Source: an uncultured Bifidobacterium sp.
Lineage (GTDB): Bacteria > Actinomycetota > Acidimicrobiia > Acidimicrobiales > Ilumatobacteraceae
Length of the DNA: 43,301 nt
Direction: 5' to 3'
Assembly (NCBI GenBank): GCA_964632715.1
Contig: CAZWCU010000005.1
Location: 1-43,301 of the forward strand
Below the pieces are notes generated by a model, which was not told the DNA's origin, did not search any database, and saw nothing but the letters and a program-made list of their open reading frames with translations. The translations under genes and the position numbers were made by a program. Position 1 is the stretch's first letter. Every line of letters begins with the position of its first letter. Positions 19,152 through 28,000 of the stretch are shown one piece after another.

Positions 19152-19877
19152 TCAGCGGCGGGCGCGCTTGGCCGACAGCGGCCGCACGGCAGGCGAACGC
19201 CACCCGAAGCCGGCGATCAGCCCCGGCGGCGGCCACAGGTCGTCGCGGCTGTAGGCCCACCACTCGAACGGGTTCAGGTAGTACGAGCACGACTCGATCA
19301 CCCTGCCGAGCGGCTCCCGCCGACCGCGGCGCAGCCACACCACCAGGCCGTAGAGCGCGCCGCCGATCACCCACAGCAGGTACAGCACCAGGTAGAGCGG
19401 CCCGAACGTGCGCGCCTGCCACACGTGCACCGCCTCGTGGTCGGTGATCAGCTTGCGCCGGCGGGCGCGGGTCACGTCGCCGGCGCTGGAGATGACGTTG
19501 CCGACCGTGAACGCGAACCCCTTCTGCAGGTGTGCCCCGCCGCGGTACACGTGCCGGTTCTGCCGGCGGCTGAGCGACGGCTCGTACCCCGGTGCCCGCG
19601 ACACCACGGCCACGAGATGCGCGAGCAACCCCACCGCCGCCGGTACGACGGCCCACGTGCTGTCGATCACGAACGCAGCGACACCCCACCCGGAACGCCA
19701 GTCGTACACCTGTCGCCAGCCGGAGACGGCACCGTTCACCCCGGCCACGACACCCATCACCACTCCGACCATCGGATGCAGCAGCCCACCCACGAACCAG
19801 CCCAGCGCGGCGCCCGCGGCGCACACGATCAACGCTTCGGCACCGGAGCGGTGCGAGAGCGACGACCCTGCTCGCAT
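19152..19877 (-). CDS. Hypothetical polytopic membrane protein with an HExxH motif
   Basis: 241 aa with several hydrophobic helices. HEAVH (nt 19425-19439, context LITDHEAVHVWQ) sits just before a TM helix. I recognise no family. G/C-dominated third positions support coding. Confidence 0.6.
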   Translation of the reverse strand: MRAGSSLSHRSGAEALIVCAAGAALGWFVGGLLHPMVGVVMGVVAGVNGAVSGWRQVYDWRSGWGVAAFVIDSTWAVVPAAVGLLAHLVAVVSRAPGYEPSLSRRQNRHVYRGGAHLQKGFAFTVGNVISSAGDVTRARRRKLITDHEAVHVWQARTFGPLYLVLYLLWVIGGALYGLVVWLRRGRREPLGRVIESCSYYLNPFEWWAYSRDDLWPPPGLIAGFGWRSPAVRPLSAKRARR

Positions 19878-19991
19878 GTCGCCACGCTACGACGTCCCGT
19901 CCGAGGCTTTGCTCCAACCGGAGGCTCACCTCCAGGGTTCGCCCGCGCAAACCCTCGGAAGCGGCGCCGCTGGAGGAGAGCCTCGGATCGG

Positions 19992-22900
19992 TCAGGGGGT
20001 GAGGCGGGGGCGGCGGCGGGTGCCGGCGACGAGCACGAGTCCGGCGAGCGCGGCCAGGGCCGCGACGACCAGCAGGTCGCGTGAATCGGTGCCGGTGGTC
20101 GGCAGCCGGACCGTGCCGGAGCTCGCCACCGTCAGGGAGACGACCGCCGTGTCGCACAGCCCGGTCATGTCGCAGATCTCGTAGGTGAACGTGTCGCTGC
20201 CCGTGTACCCGGCGGTGGGTGTGTACGTGACGCTGCCGTTGGCGGCCACCACGACGGTGCCGTGCAGCGGCATCGTCACGAGCGTGACCGACGTTGCGTC
20301 GAGATCACCGTCGGGGTCGGAGTCGTTGGTGGCGACCACGACGACGATCGCCGTGTTCCGCGGTGTGGTGCGCGCGTCGTCGACCGCCTGCGGCGGCTCC
20401 GGCGGCGGCGCGGCGCTCACCGTGAGCGTGACCACTGCGGTGTCGCAGAGCCCGGTGGTGTCGCAGATGGAGTACGTGAACTGGTCCGAGCCCGCGAAGC
20501 CGGCATCGGCCGAGTAGGTGATCGCACCGTTCGCAGCGATGGTGACGGAACCGTGCGACGGCCCCAGGCCGCCGATGACCGTCACCGTCGACACGTCGAG
20601 GTTGCCGTCGGGATCGGAGTCGTTGGCCGGCACCACGACGATGGTCGTCGCCCCGGCGGTGACCGTTCCGGTGTCGTCGACCGCCACCGGCGGCCGCGGC
20701 GCGGGAGTGGCCACCACGAAGGTGATGGTGGCGGTGTCGCACATCGGCACCGGTTGCAGATCGCAGATGGTGTAGGTGGTGCTGTACGTGCCGGCCGCGG
20801 CCGGCGCGGTGTAGTCGAGGGTGCCGTCGAAGTGGTTGACGACGGTGCCCTCGCCGACTGCCATCGGCACGATCGTGATCGACGCCGGATCGAGCGCGGC
20901 GAGCGGAGTCGCCACGTCGTTGGCGATGATGTTGCCGAACGTGAGCGTCGCCCCACCACCGACGCCGAACGTGTCGTCGACGGCGATCGGCACCTGCACC
21001 ACCGGCGTGACGACGGTCGACGAGTTGTTCGACGGGTTGGGATCCAGTGGCGCCACCGTCGCGGTGTTGCTCACCGACGCGTTCGGGGTGAGCTGCACGA
21101 CCGCGTCGATCGCGATCGGTGCCAGCGAGGCACCAGAGGCGAGGCCGGAGGGGTTGTCGCAGGTGACGGTGTGGCCGACGATGGTGCACGACCAGCCGGC
21201 ACCCGAGGCCGAGACCGGCAACAGGTCGGCGGGCAGCTCGTCGGTGACCGAGATGGTGCCGGCCGGCACCGGGTCGGTGTTCGCCGCGTTGCTCACCACC
21301 AGCGAGTACTCGATGGTGCTCCCGATGGCCGCTCCCGTGCTGCCACCGTCGTCCTTCACGATCGAGAGGTCGTACGGCTGGTGCACCACCACGGACGGTT
21401 GCGTCGAGAGCAGCACGCCCGCGTTCTGGGTGGCGGTGAGACCGACCTGGTTGTTCATCGTCGAGAGGTGCGGCGAGCTCGCCGGCGCGCGCAGCACGAT
21501 GCTGACCGTGAGGAGCGGTGCACCGATCGGGTAGAGCCCGTCGGTGGGGTCGCCGATGGCGTTGTCGTAGGCCGGACGCAGGCGCACGCCCGTGACCACG
21601 CCGCACGAAGGTGCACCGACCCACACAGCCGTCGCGATGCTCGGCGAGGGCGTGCACGTGTAGGCGACGTCGATCGGCTGACTGCCCACGCTGATCGACA
21701 CGAACTCGGGAGTGACGTCGCCGATGGCCGCACCGGTCGCGGGCGAGCGACCGAACAGGTCGTACACGTAGGTGTCGGCGAGGTCCGACGTGGAGTCGCT
21801 GAGGTGGTCGAGCGTCAGGACGTAGGTGACCGTGCCGCCGGCGAGGAGGGTGCTCCCACCGCCGGAGATGGTCTTGCCCAGGTTCAGCGACGGCGCACCG
21901 TTCACGGCCAGCACACCCGCGCCCGACTGCACCGCGGTCGGCGTGGAGAGGTACACCAGCGATGCGCCGGAACCACTCACAGGTCCGAAGGTCGGGTAGT
22001 TGGACACCGCGCCGAGGTCGTTGTACGAGGTGGCGGTGAAGGACTGGTCGGCGAAGGTGCCCAGGCGAACCTGGACCCGGAACCGGATCTGGAAGTTGAC
22101 CGAACCCGCACCGCTCGATGCCGTCGCGTCGACGGAGTCGCCGGTGGCGATGCACCGCACGAGGCGGGTCGCCGGTGTGTAGGTGCAGGCGGTGGGCAAC
22201 GCGACCGCGGGGTTGGCGAGGCTGCGCGGCGCGGCGACGATGGTGAAGTCGTTGCCCGCCATGGCTCCGGGCACGAAGTCGACGTCGGCAGGCAGCACCG
22301 TCTCGATCGTCCAGTCGTGCGACCCGATGTTGCCGATGAACGGGCTCTGCTGGGAAGTGATGGTCATCGTCGACTGTCCACCGGAGACCACCGACGCAGG
22401 ACCGGCGGCGATCGCCAACGTGTGATCGTTGCGGTTCAGCACGCTCACCGTGCGCGACGCGGTCTGGTCGGCGGTCGCAGGTGTGAGGTTGTCGCCGTCA
22501 CCGAAGGCGCTGTTGGTGACCAGCAGCACGTTGCCGGGCGCAGGGATGAACCCGGCACGCAGCGACACGGGCAGCTGCAACGGGTTGAGCAGCACGTCGG
22601 TGAGCGGGTTGCTGAACTGCACGCACAGCACGTCCGCCAGTGGCGGCAGCACAGTGGTCCACATCGGGTCCGTCGGGAGGGTCGACGCCGAGCAGGAGTT
22701 GTCGGTGGCGTAGCGCACCGTCCATCCGGCAGGCGGCACCGGGGCGCCGCTCAGCGCGAGCTGCGCGGGCAGGCGGTCGATGACGACCGCGTTCACCACC
22801 GGCGCGGTGGTGTTGTAGTGGATCGTGTAGCTGTTGTTCGGGCCCTGCGGGTAGAGGGTGCAGCGCGAGTCGCCGCTGACACCCGGCTGGAACGGCAGCG

Positions 22901-24131
22901 CACCCGACGTGCACGTACCCGAGCCGTTCGTGAACGACTTGATCAAGGTGAGCTCTGGGGCCGCGGTCACGATGTGCGACGCCGACCGCGTGATCGGCGC
23001 AACGCTCGCGTCCCATGCCGGATCGCGATTGATCGTGTAGGTGTTCGTGGTGGTGGTGGGCGCGGCCGGTGTCGGCACCCACACGGTCACGCGGAAGCCG
23101 CGGCGGTTCGTGGACGACGGGTACTCGATCGTGCAGCCGGTCGCTCCGGACTCGGGGAGCTCCGGCGCGTTGCCCTGCGCAGGAGCGCCCGAGGCGGCGG
23201 TGCACGACGAGTGCCAGATGAACACCGGCACCGTCACGTCCTGCGATCCGGCCACGAACTGCGTGCCGGCTGCAGGGAAGCCGGCGATGTCGATGCCGGT
23301 CGCCGGGTACGGTGCCGGCACGGTGGGCGTCGACGTGGTCGGCCCCAGGCGGTTCACCGACACCATGTACGAGTCGAGCGGCATCGTGTCGACGAGGTCG
23401 CCGACGAGCGGTCCGCAGCCGGTGGCCGTGCAGCCCATCCCCATCTGCACGTCCCACGACAGTTCGTACCCGGGCGTGGTGCCCACTCCGGGAGGCCCGA
23501 GCACCGGCACGATGGTGGCAGCGGTCTTGGAGACGTTCAGCGGGTTGGAACCGACGGTGGCGTAGTTGGTCAGCGCGATCGGTGATGCCGCGAGGCTGGC
23601 GTTGTCGCCGACGAGCGAGGCAGCGATGTCGAGCTGGGCGCCGTTGGGGTTCACACGGGCGTTGCTGCACAGGTTGACGAAGATCGAACCGGCCGTGCCG
23701 GCGACGAGGTCGGGGTTGCCGAGCGGCAGCACGATCGTCGAGTCCGGCGACGTGTAGGTGGTCGCCCAGTTGACCACCGGCGTGTTGCCGAACGGCAGCC
23801 CGCCCACCACGCGCCCGGCGGCGGGCACGCCCGACCGCCAGTCCTGCGCGGGCAGCGCCATCTCGATGCGCGCATCGGTGAGGTCTTCGCCACCGACGCT
23901 GTATTCCACCTGGACGGTGACGCAGCCGCCGGAGAGCACGGTGCCGGGACCCGCCGGCCCCTCGTCGGGGTTGCTGGTCACCGTCATCGACACGGTGAGC
24001 GTCGGCGCCGCGCTGGCGACGGACGGCATCAACGTGACGAGTGCAGGAGCGAGCACCACCGTGGCGAGTGCTGCTCGCAGCGTCGAGCGTCGTGCGGCGA
24101 CACGACGTGGTGCGTCGAAGTACCTGGCCAT
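19992..24131 (-). CDS. Giant LPXTG-anchored cell-surface protein (DUF11-type and Ig/cadherin-like repeats)
   Basis: 1379 aa from ATG 24131. Signal peptide MARYFDAPRRVAARRSTLRAALATVVLAPALVTLMPSVASA. One clear DUF11-like module (LSIVKDDGG...TISVTDELPADL...GWSCT...VTC). Three tandem ~95-102-aa units carry a VDD...ANDSDPDG...TY...FTY.ICD...CDTA signature. C-terminal sorting signal: LPTTG (20091-20105), a hydrophobic helix, then RRRPR. Confidence 0.85.
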   Translation of the reverse strand: MARYFDAPRRVAARRSTLRAALATVVLAPALVTLMPSVASAAPTLTVSMTVTSNPDEGPAGPGTVLSGGCVTVQVEYSVGGEDLTDARIEMALPAQDWRSGVPAAGRVVGGLPFGNTPVVNWATTYTSPDSTIVLPLGNPDLVAGTAGSIFVNLCSNARVNPNGAQLDIAASLVGDNASLAASPIALTNYATVGSNPLNVSKTAATIVPVLGPPGVGTTPGYELSWDVQMGMGCTATGCGPLVGDLVDTMPLDSYMVSVNRLGPTTSTPTVPAPYPATGIDIAGFPAAGTQFVAGSQDVTVPVFIWHSSCTAASGAPAQGNAPELPESGATGCTIEYPSSTNRRGFRVTVWVPTPAAPTTTTNTYTINRDPAWDASVAPITRSASHIVTAAPELTLIKSFTNGSGTCTSGALPFQPGVSGDSRCTLYPQGPNNSYTIHYNTTAPVVNAVVIDRLPAQLALSGAPVPPAGWTVRYATDNSCSASTLPTDPMWTTVLPPLADVLCVQFSNPLTDVLLNPLQLPVSLRAGFIPAPGNVLLVTNSAFGDGDNLTPATADQTASRTVSVLNRNDHTLAIAAGPASVVSGGQSTMTITSQQSPFIGNIGSHDWTIETVLPADVDFVPGAMAGNDFTIVAAPRSLANPAVALPTACTYTPATRLVRCIATGDSVDATASSGAGSVNFQIRFRVQVRLGTFADQSFTATSYNDLGAVSNYPTFGPVSGSGASLVYLSTPTAVQSGAGVLAVNGAPSLNLGKTISGGGSTLLAGGTVTYVLTLDHLSDSTSDLADTYVYDLFGRSPATGAAIGDVTPEFVSISVGSQPIDVAYTCTPSPSIATAVWVGAPSCGVVTGVRLRPAYDNAIGDPTDGLYPIGAPLLTVSIVLRAPASSPHLSTMNNQVGLTATQNAGVLLSTQPSVVVHQPYDLSIVKDDGGSTGAAIGSTIEYSLVVSNAANTDPVPAGTISVTDELPADLLPVSASGAGWSCTIVGHTVTCDNPSGLASGASLAPIAIDAVVQLTPNASVSNTATVAPLDPNPSNNSSTVVTPVVQVPIAVDDTFGVGGGATLTFGNIIANDVATPLAALDPASITIVPMAVGEGTVVNHFDGTLDYTAPAAAGTYSTTYTICDLQPVPMCDTATITFVVATPAPRPPVAVDDTGTVTAGATTIVVVPANDSDPDGNLDVSTVTVIGGLGPSHGSVTIAANGAITYSADAGFAGSDQFTYSICDTTGLCDTAVVTLTVSAAPPPEPPQAVDDARTTPRNTAIVVVVATNDSDPDGDLDATSVTLVTMPLHGTVVVAANGSVTYTPTAGYTGSDTFTYEICDMTGLCDTAVVSLTVASSGTVRLPTTGTDSRDLLVVAALAALAGLVLVAGTRRRPRLTP
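20106..20993 (-). repeat. Three tandem ~285-306-bp coding repeats (Ig/cadherin-like modules) at the adhesin C-terminus
   Basis: Units lie at about 20106-20390, 20391-20687 and 20688-20993. The two distal units are clearly similar at both protein and DNA level (for example GTGTCGCA(C/G)AGCCCGGT..TGTCGCAGAT recurs). Confidence 0.8.
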
Positions 24132-24371
24132 CTTGTTCCCCGTCCCGTCGAGTAGATCCGCCGCGAGTGCGCTCGCGTACAAAGGTCCGGATGCGTTCGA
24201 CGTCCGATGATGACGACAGGCCCCGGCAAGAAATCGTCAACGTTCATCGGCGGACGCGCGTCGAAGTTGAGTCGAGCACTTCACGTCATGCGACACGCTC
24301 AAGTGCGTCATCACCCTGCCGATAGCTCACCTACGTGGCCGACGGGGGCCACAGATCGACGGGACAACATC

Positions 24372-25196
24372 ATGCGCACTCACCTCCTCCGCCGCACGGG
24401 CAAGTACCTGACGGCGGCCGCGGTCGCGGCAGCATCACTGGTCGCGCTGCCCACTGCGGCGCACGCCGACAACGAGTTCAGCATCAGCACCACCCTCCTG
24501 CAGTTCGGCTCGGTCGACGTGGGACAGACATCACAGATCATCGTGACGCTCACTCGCATCGCGCCGGGCAGCGGCGCGGTCAACGCATACGGCGGCGCAC
24601 CCTTCGACTCGAGCAACTTCGGTGCCTCGCAGAACTGCCAGGGCGTCACCCTGGCGCAGGGTGAGTCGTGCCAGTTCTACTTCACCTTCACTCCGCAGAG
24701 CGGCGACTTCCTGCAGTCGTACACGACGTTGCAGATCGAGGCACTCGACACCGGAGGGTTCACGTCGTGGACCATCAACTTCGAAGGCAACGGCATCGGC
24801 GAGCCGACGGCGCCGACCACCACCGCCGGCGAGACGAGCCCCGGCGACACCAAGCCGGACGACACGGTGTTCGCGCCGGGCGCCTGCCGCGACGCGTCGC
24901 AGCCGGTGGAGACCGACAAGGACGGCAACCCGCGCAGCACGCTGCCGCTCTGCAAGGACGACGAGCCGCTGCCGTGCACCACCAACCCGCCGCCGCCGGC
25001 GACCGACGAGAAGGGCAACCCGGTCGACACCAAGCTGCCGCCGTGCCCGGTCGATCTGGAGTCCGCGACGGGCACGGTGACCGGCCTGCTGCCTCGCACC
25101 GGCGGCGACAGCACCGAGGTCGTCGTGATGGCCGCGCTGCTCGTGCTGCTCGGCGGCGCAGTGGTGGCCGGCACGCGCCGAGCTGCCACACGCTGA
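24372..25196 (+). CDS. Small secreted LPXTG-anchored protein
   Basis: 274 aa from ATG 24372. Signal peptide ...AAAVAAASLVALPTAAHA. A ~130-aa beta-rich domain (LQFGSVDVGQTSQIIVTLT...) is followed by a P/T/D-rich linker with two Cys-containing repeats. The sorting signal is LPRTG (25089-25103), a TM helix and RRAATR. The gene is divergent from the giant adhesin gene. Confidence 0.8.
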   Translation: MRTHLLRRTGKYLTAAAVAAASLVALPTAAHADNEFSISTTLLQFGSVDVGQTSQIIVTLTRIAPGSGAVNAYGGAPFDSSNFGASQNCQGVTLAQGESCQFYFTFTPQSGDFLQSYTTLQIEALDTGGFTSWTINFEGNGIGEPTAPTTTAGETSPGDTKPDDTVFAPGACRDASQPVETDKDGNPRSTLPLCKDDEPLPCTTNPPPPATDEKGNPVDTKLPPCPVDLESATGTVTGLLPRTGGDSTEVVVMAALLVLLGGAVVAGTRRAATR

Positions 25197-25245
25197 TCAC
25201 ATCGCAGGTGTCGACCGCCAGGGCCAGCAGGGCTATGGTGCCCCC

Positions 25246-25267
25246 AACGATTGTTGGAACAGTCGTT
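25246..25267. promoter_or_regulatory. 22-bp AT-rich imperfect palindrome upstream of the family-5 SBP gene (candidate operator)
   Basis: AACGATTGTTG|GAACAGTCGTT forms 9 of 11 symmetric pairs. It lies 44 nt upstream of ATG 25311, in an otherwise GC-rich 114-bp intergenic region. Confidence 0.4.
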
Positions 25268-25310
25268 CAATTCATGCCGGTCCACGGCACAGAGATACGG
25301 GGGTATCGCA

Positions 25311-26984
25311 ATGACTGGTCTCAACGGACTGTGGCTACCGGCGGCGCTGGGACGTCGACAGCTGCTCATGGGCGCCGGAGCGGCAGCAGCACTCGCTGCG
25401 TGCGGGAGCGACGACTCTGGCTCGAGCGCCACCGACCCCACCACCGCCGCGACAACCGGTAACACGACCGGCGACACCACGGCCACCACCACCGCCGACA
25501 CCACGGCCACCACCGTGGCGTCGGGTGGCACCAAGGGCGGCACGTTGCGCGTGGGTGTGGTCGGCAGCACCAACGACCTGATGGACGGCCAGTACATCGT
25601 GGCTCGCGCCGACCAGGCTCGGTTGATCACCGGCTGGGAACCCATCGCCAACTACGACGACGACTTCAACATCGCGTTCACGCACAGCCTGGCCGAGGAG
25701 ATCGAGGCGAAGGCTCCCGATCTCTACGTCGTGCGACTGAAGTCCGGCATCGAGTTCCACAACGGCAAGACAGTCACGGCCGAAGACCTCATCTACTCGT
25801 TCAACCGGCTCATCGATCCCGAGCTGGGCATCGCACCCAACCTCACTCAGTTCGTCGACGCCAACAGCTTCAAGGCACTCGACGACCTCACCGTCGAGAT
25901 CACGCTGCTGCAGCCGAGCGTGGCGTTCCTCAACGGCATGGCCGACTACGGCGCCACCGTCGTGCCGGTCGGCTACGAGCGCTTCAGCGGCGACCCCGCC
26001 ACGCAGATCGGCACCGGTGCGTTCAAGCTGAAGAGCTTCACGCCCGGCTCGGAGAGCGTGCACGTGCGCCACGAGAACTACTGGGGCGAGTCGTTCCTCG
26101 ACGAAGTGCAGATCATCGACTTCTCCGACCAGGCCGCCTTGGTCAACGCGCTCAGCTCGGGCGACATCGACGTGGCCATCGACCTGCCCTACGCGCAGGC
26201 GGCCGCCGTCGAGTCCAACGGCGACCTGGTGCTGCTCGAGTCGCAGGCCGGCAACTGGCAGACCATCACCATGCGGGTCGACGTCGCACCGTTCGACGAC
26301 GTGCGCGTGCGCCAGGCGATGCGCCTCATCGTCAACCGCGAGGAGATGGTGCAGCGAGTGCTCTCCGGCCACGGCCGCGTGGGCAACGACATGTACGGCG
26401 TGCTCGACGGCTCGTACCCCGACGACTTCCCGCAGCGCGAGCAGGACATCGATGCCGCCAAGGCGCTGCTCGAGGAAGCCGGTCTCGCCGGTGCCGACTT
26501 CGAGGTGTTCGCCCCGGACGACACCGCCGGCCTGCCCGAGTTCGTCACGGCGTTCGCCGAGCAGGCCAAGGCTGCCGGCATCAACGTGACGGCCACCGTG
26601 CTCGACGGCGGCACCTACTGGGGCGCCGAGTACACCCAGCGGGCCTTCGCCACCAGCTACTGGAGCACCCGCCCGTACCTCAACCAGGTGGGTTCCGGTT
26701 CGCTGCCCACGGCCACCTACCCGGAGACCCACTGGCCGCCGGAAGGCTCGAACTTCGTCGAGCTGTACCAGCAGGCGATCGCGGAGGTCGACCAGGAGAA
26801 GCGCTACGCCATCATCCGCGAGATGCAGACGCAGGAGTACGAGGAAGGCGGCAACATCATCGCCTACTTCCAGAACCTGCTCGACGGCCACGCCACGTAC
26901 GTGAAGGGTGCAGTCGCCCGACCGAACCTGCTCAACTTCGACCACTTCGGTCGCGGTTGGAAGCAGATCTGGCTCGACAGCTGA
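25311..26984 (+). CDS. ABC transporter substrate-binding lipoprotein, family 5 (peptide/opine/nickel type)
   Basis: Twin-Arg-like signal with lipobox (LGRRQLLMGAGAAAALAACGS). A Thr-rich linker follows, then a family-5 SBP body (LRVGVVGSTNDLMDG ... FHNGKTVTAEDLIYSFNR). Confidence 0.88.
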   Translation: MTGLNGLWLPAALGRRQLLMGAGAAAALAACGSDDSGSSATDPTTAATTGNTTGDTTATTTADTTATTVASGGTKGGTLRVGVVGSTNDLMDGQYIVARADQARLITGWEPIANYDDDFNIAFTHSLAEEIEAKAPDLYVVRLKSGIEFHNGKTVTAEDLIYSFNRLIDPELGIAPNLTQFVDANSFKALDDLTVEITLLQPSVAFLNGMADYGATVVPVGYERFSGDPATQIGTGAFKLKSFTPGSESVHVRHENYWGESFLDEVQIIDFSDQAALVNALSSGDIDVAIDLPYAQAAAVESNGDLVLLESQAGNWQTITMRVDVAPFDDVRVRQAMRLIVNREEMVQRVLSGHGRVGNDMYGVLDGSYPDDFPQREQDIDAAKALLEEAGLAGADFEVFAPDDTAGLPEFVTAFAEQAKAAGINVTATVLDGGTYWGAEYTQRAFATSYWSTRPYLNQVGSGSLPTATYPETHWPPEGSNFVELYQQAIAEVDQEKRYAIIREMQTQEYEEGGNIIAYFQNLLDGHATYVKGAVARPNLLNFDHFGRGWKQIWLDS

Positions 26985-26995
26985 TCCACCTGGGT

Positions 26996-27027
26996 GTGGT
27001 GGCCGGCGGGTGACCGCCGGCCACCAC
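26996..27027 (+). terminator. Perfect 14-bp GC-rich stem-loop between the SBP and first permease genes
   Basis: GTGGTGGCCGGCGG-gtga-CCGCCGGCCACCAC is a perfect stem with a GNRA-type GUGA loop. It starts 12 nt after the SBP stop and ends 17 nt before the permease ATG. No U-tract follows. Confidence 0.55.
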
Positions 27028-27043
27028 GGCCCACTCGTTCCTC

Positions 27044-28000
27044 ATGGGAATCCTCAAGCTCATCCTGCGCCGGCTCCTGCTCGGCATCGGCACGCTCTTC
27101 GTCGTCTCGATCGCGGTCTTCCTGCTCACCAACGTGCTCGGCGACCCCGTGAAGCGGATGCTGGGTCGCGGCGCACTGCCCGAGGTGGTGGCGGCCCGAC
27201 GCGCCGAGCTCGGCCTCGACGAACCGCTCGTCAAGCGCTACTTCGACTGGCTCTGGGGCCTGATCACCGGCGACCCCGGCAACTCGTTCTCCAACGACAC
27301 GCCGGTGTGGGAGCTGATGTCGGACCGCGTGAAGAACTCACTGTTCCTGATGGCCGTGTGCTCCGCCATCTCGATCCCGTTGTCGCTGTTCATCGGCGCC
27401 TACACCGCGCTGCGCCGCGACAAGTGGTTCGACCGCATCATGTCGAACAAGCTGCTCATCCTGGCCGCGATGCCAGAGTTCGTCGTCGGCGCACTGCTCA
27501 CCGTGTTGCTCGCCACCAACGTGTGGCACGTCGTCCCTGCGGTCAGCCGCATCCGGCCCGGTGAGCCACCGTGGTCGGATCTCGACGGCCTGGTGCTGCC
27601 CGTGCTCACGCTGGTGCTCGCCGTCACGCCGCACGTCGCGCGCACGATGCGCGCCGCGATGATCGACGTGTTGGAGAGCGACTACGTGGAGATGGCCCGG
27701 CTGAAGGGGCTTCCCGAGCGCGCCGTGCTGTGGCGGCATGCGTTCCCCAACGCACTCGGGCCCACGCTGCAGGTCATCGCACTCAACATCGCCTACCTCG
27801 CCGGCGGTGTGGTCATCGTCGAGTCGATGTTCAACTTCCGTGGCGTGGGCATCGCGCTGCGCGACGCCATCCCGGAGGCCAACGCACCGGTGGTGCAGTT
27901 CATCGCGATGTTCATCGCCACCATCTACGTGATCAGCAACCTGTTCGCCGACGTGGCCACCATCCTGGTCACGCCTCGACTGCGGACGAGGCTGAAGTGA
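27044..28000 (+). CDS. ABC transporter permease (DppB/OppB-like)
   Basis: 318 aa. N-terminus MGILKLILRRLLLGIGTLFVVSIAVF is typical of the family. EAA-type loop YVEMARLKGLPERAVLWRHAFPNALGP. Confidence 0.88.
   Translation: MGILKLILRRLLLGIGTLFVVSIAVFLLTNVLGDPVKRMLGRGALPEVVAARRAELGLDEPLVKRYFDWLWGLITGDPGNSFSNDTPVWELMSDRVKNSLFLMAVCSAISIPLSLFIGAYTALRRDKWFDRIMSNKLLILAAMPEFVVGALLTVLLATNVWHVVPAVSRIRPGEPPWSDLDGLVLPVLTLVLAVTPHVARTMRAAMIDVLESDYVEMARLKGLPERAVLWRHAFPNALGPTLQVIALNIAYLAGGVVIVESMFNFRGVGIALRDAIPEANAPVVQFIAMFIATIYVISNLFADVATILVTPRLRTRLK

Noticed and set aside
19901-19986. Nested inverted repeats between the adhesin and HExxH genes, considered as a structured RNA or riboswitch-like element.
   Set aside because: The stems are short (5-8 bp) and GC-rich, which is easily produced by chance at this base composition. 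I recognise no known RNA family. It is noted only within the HExxH finding.
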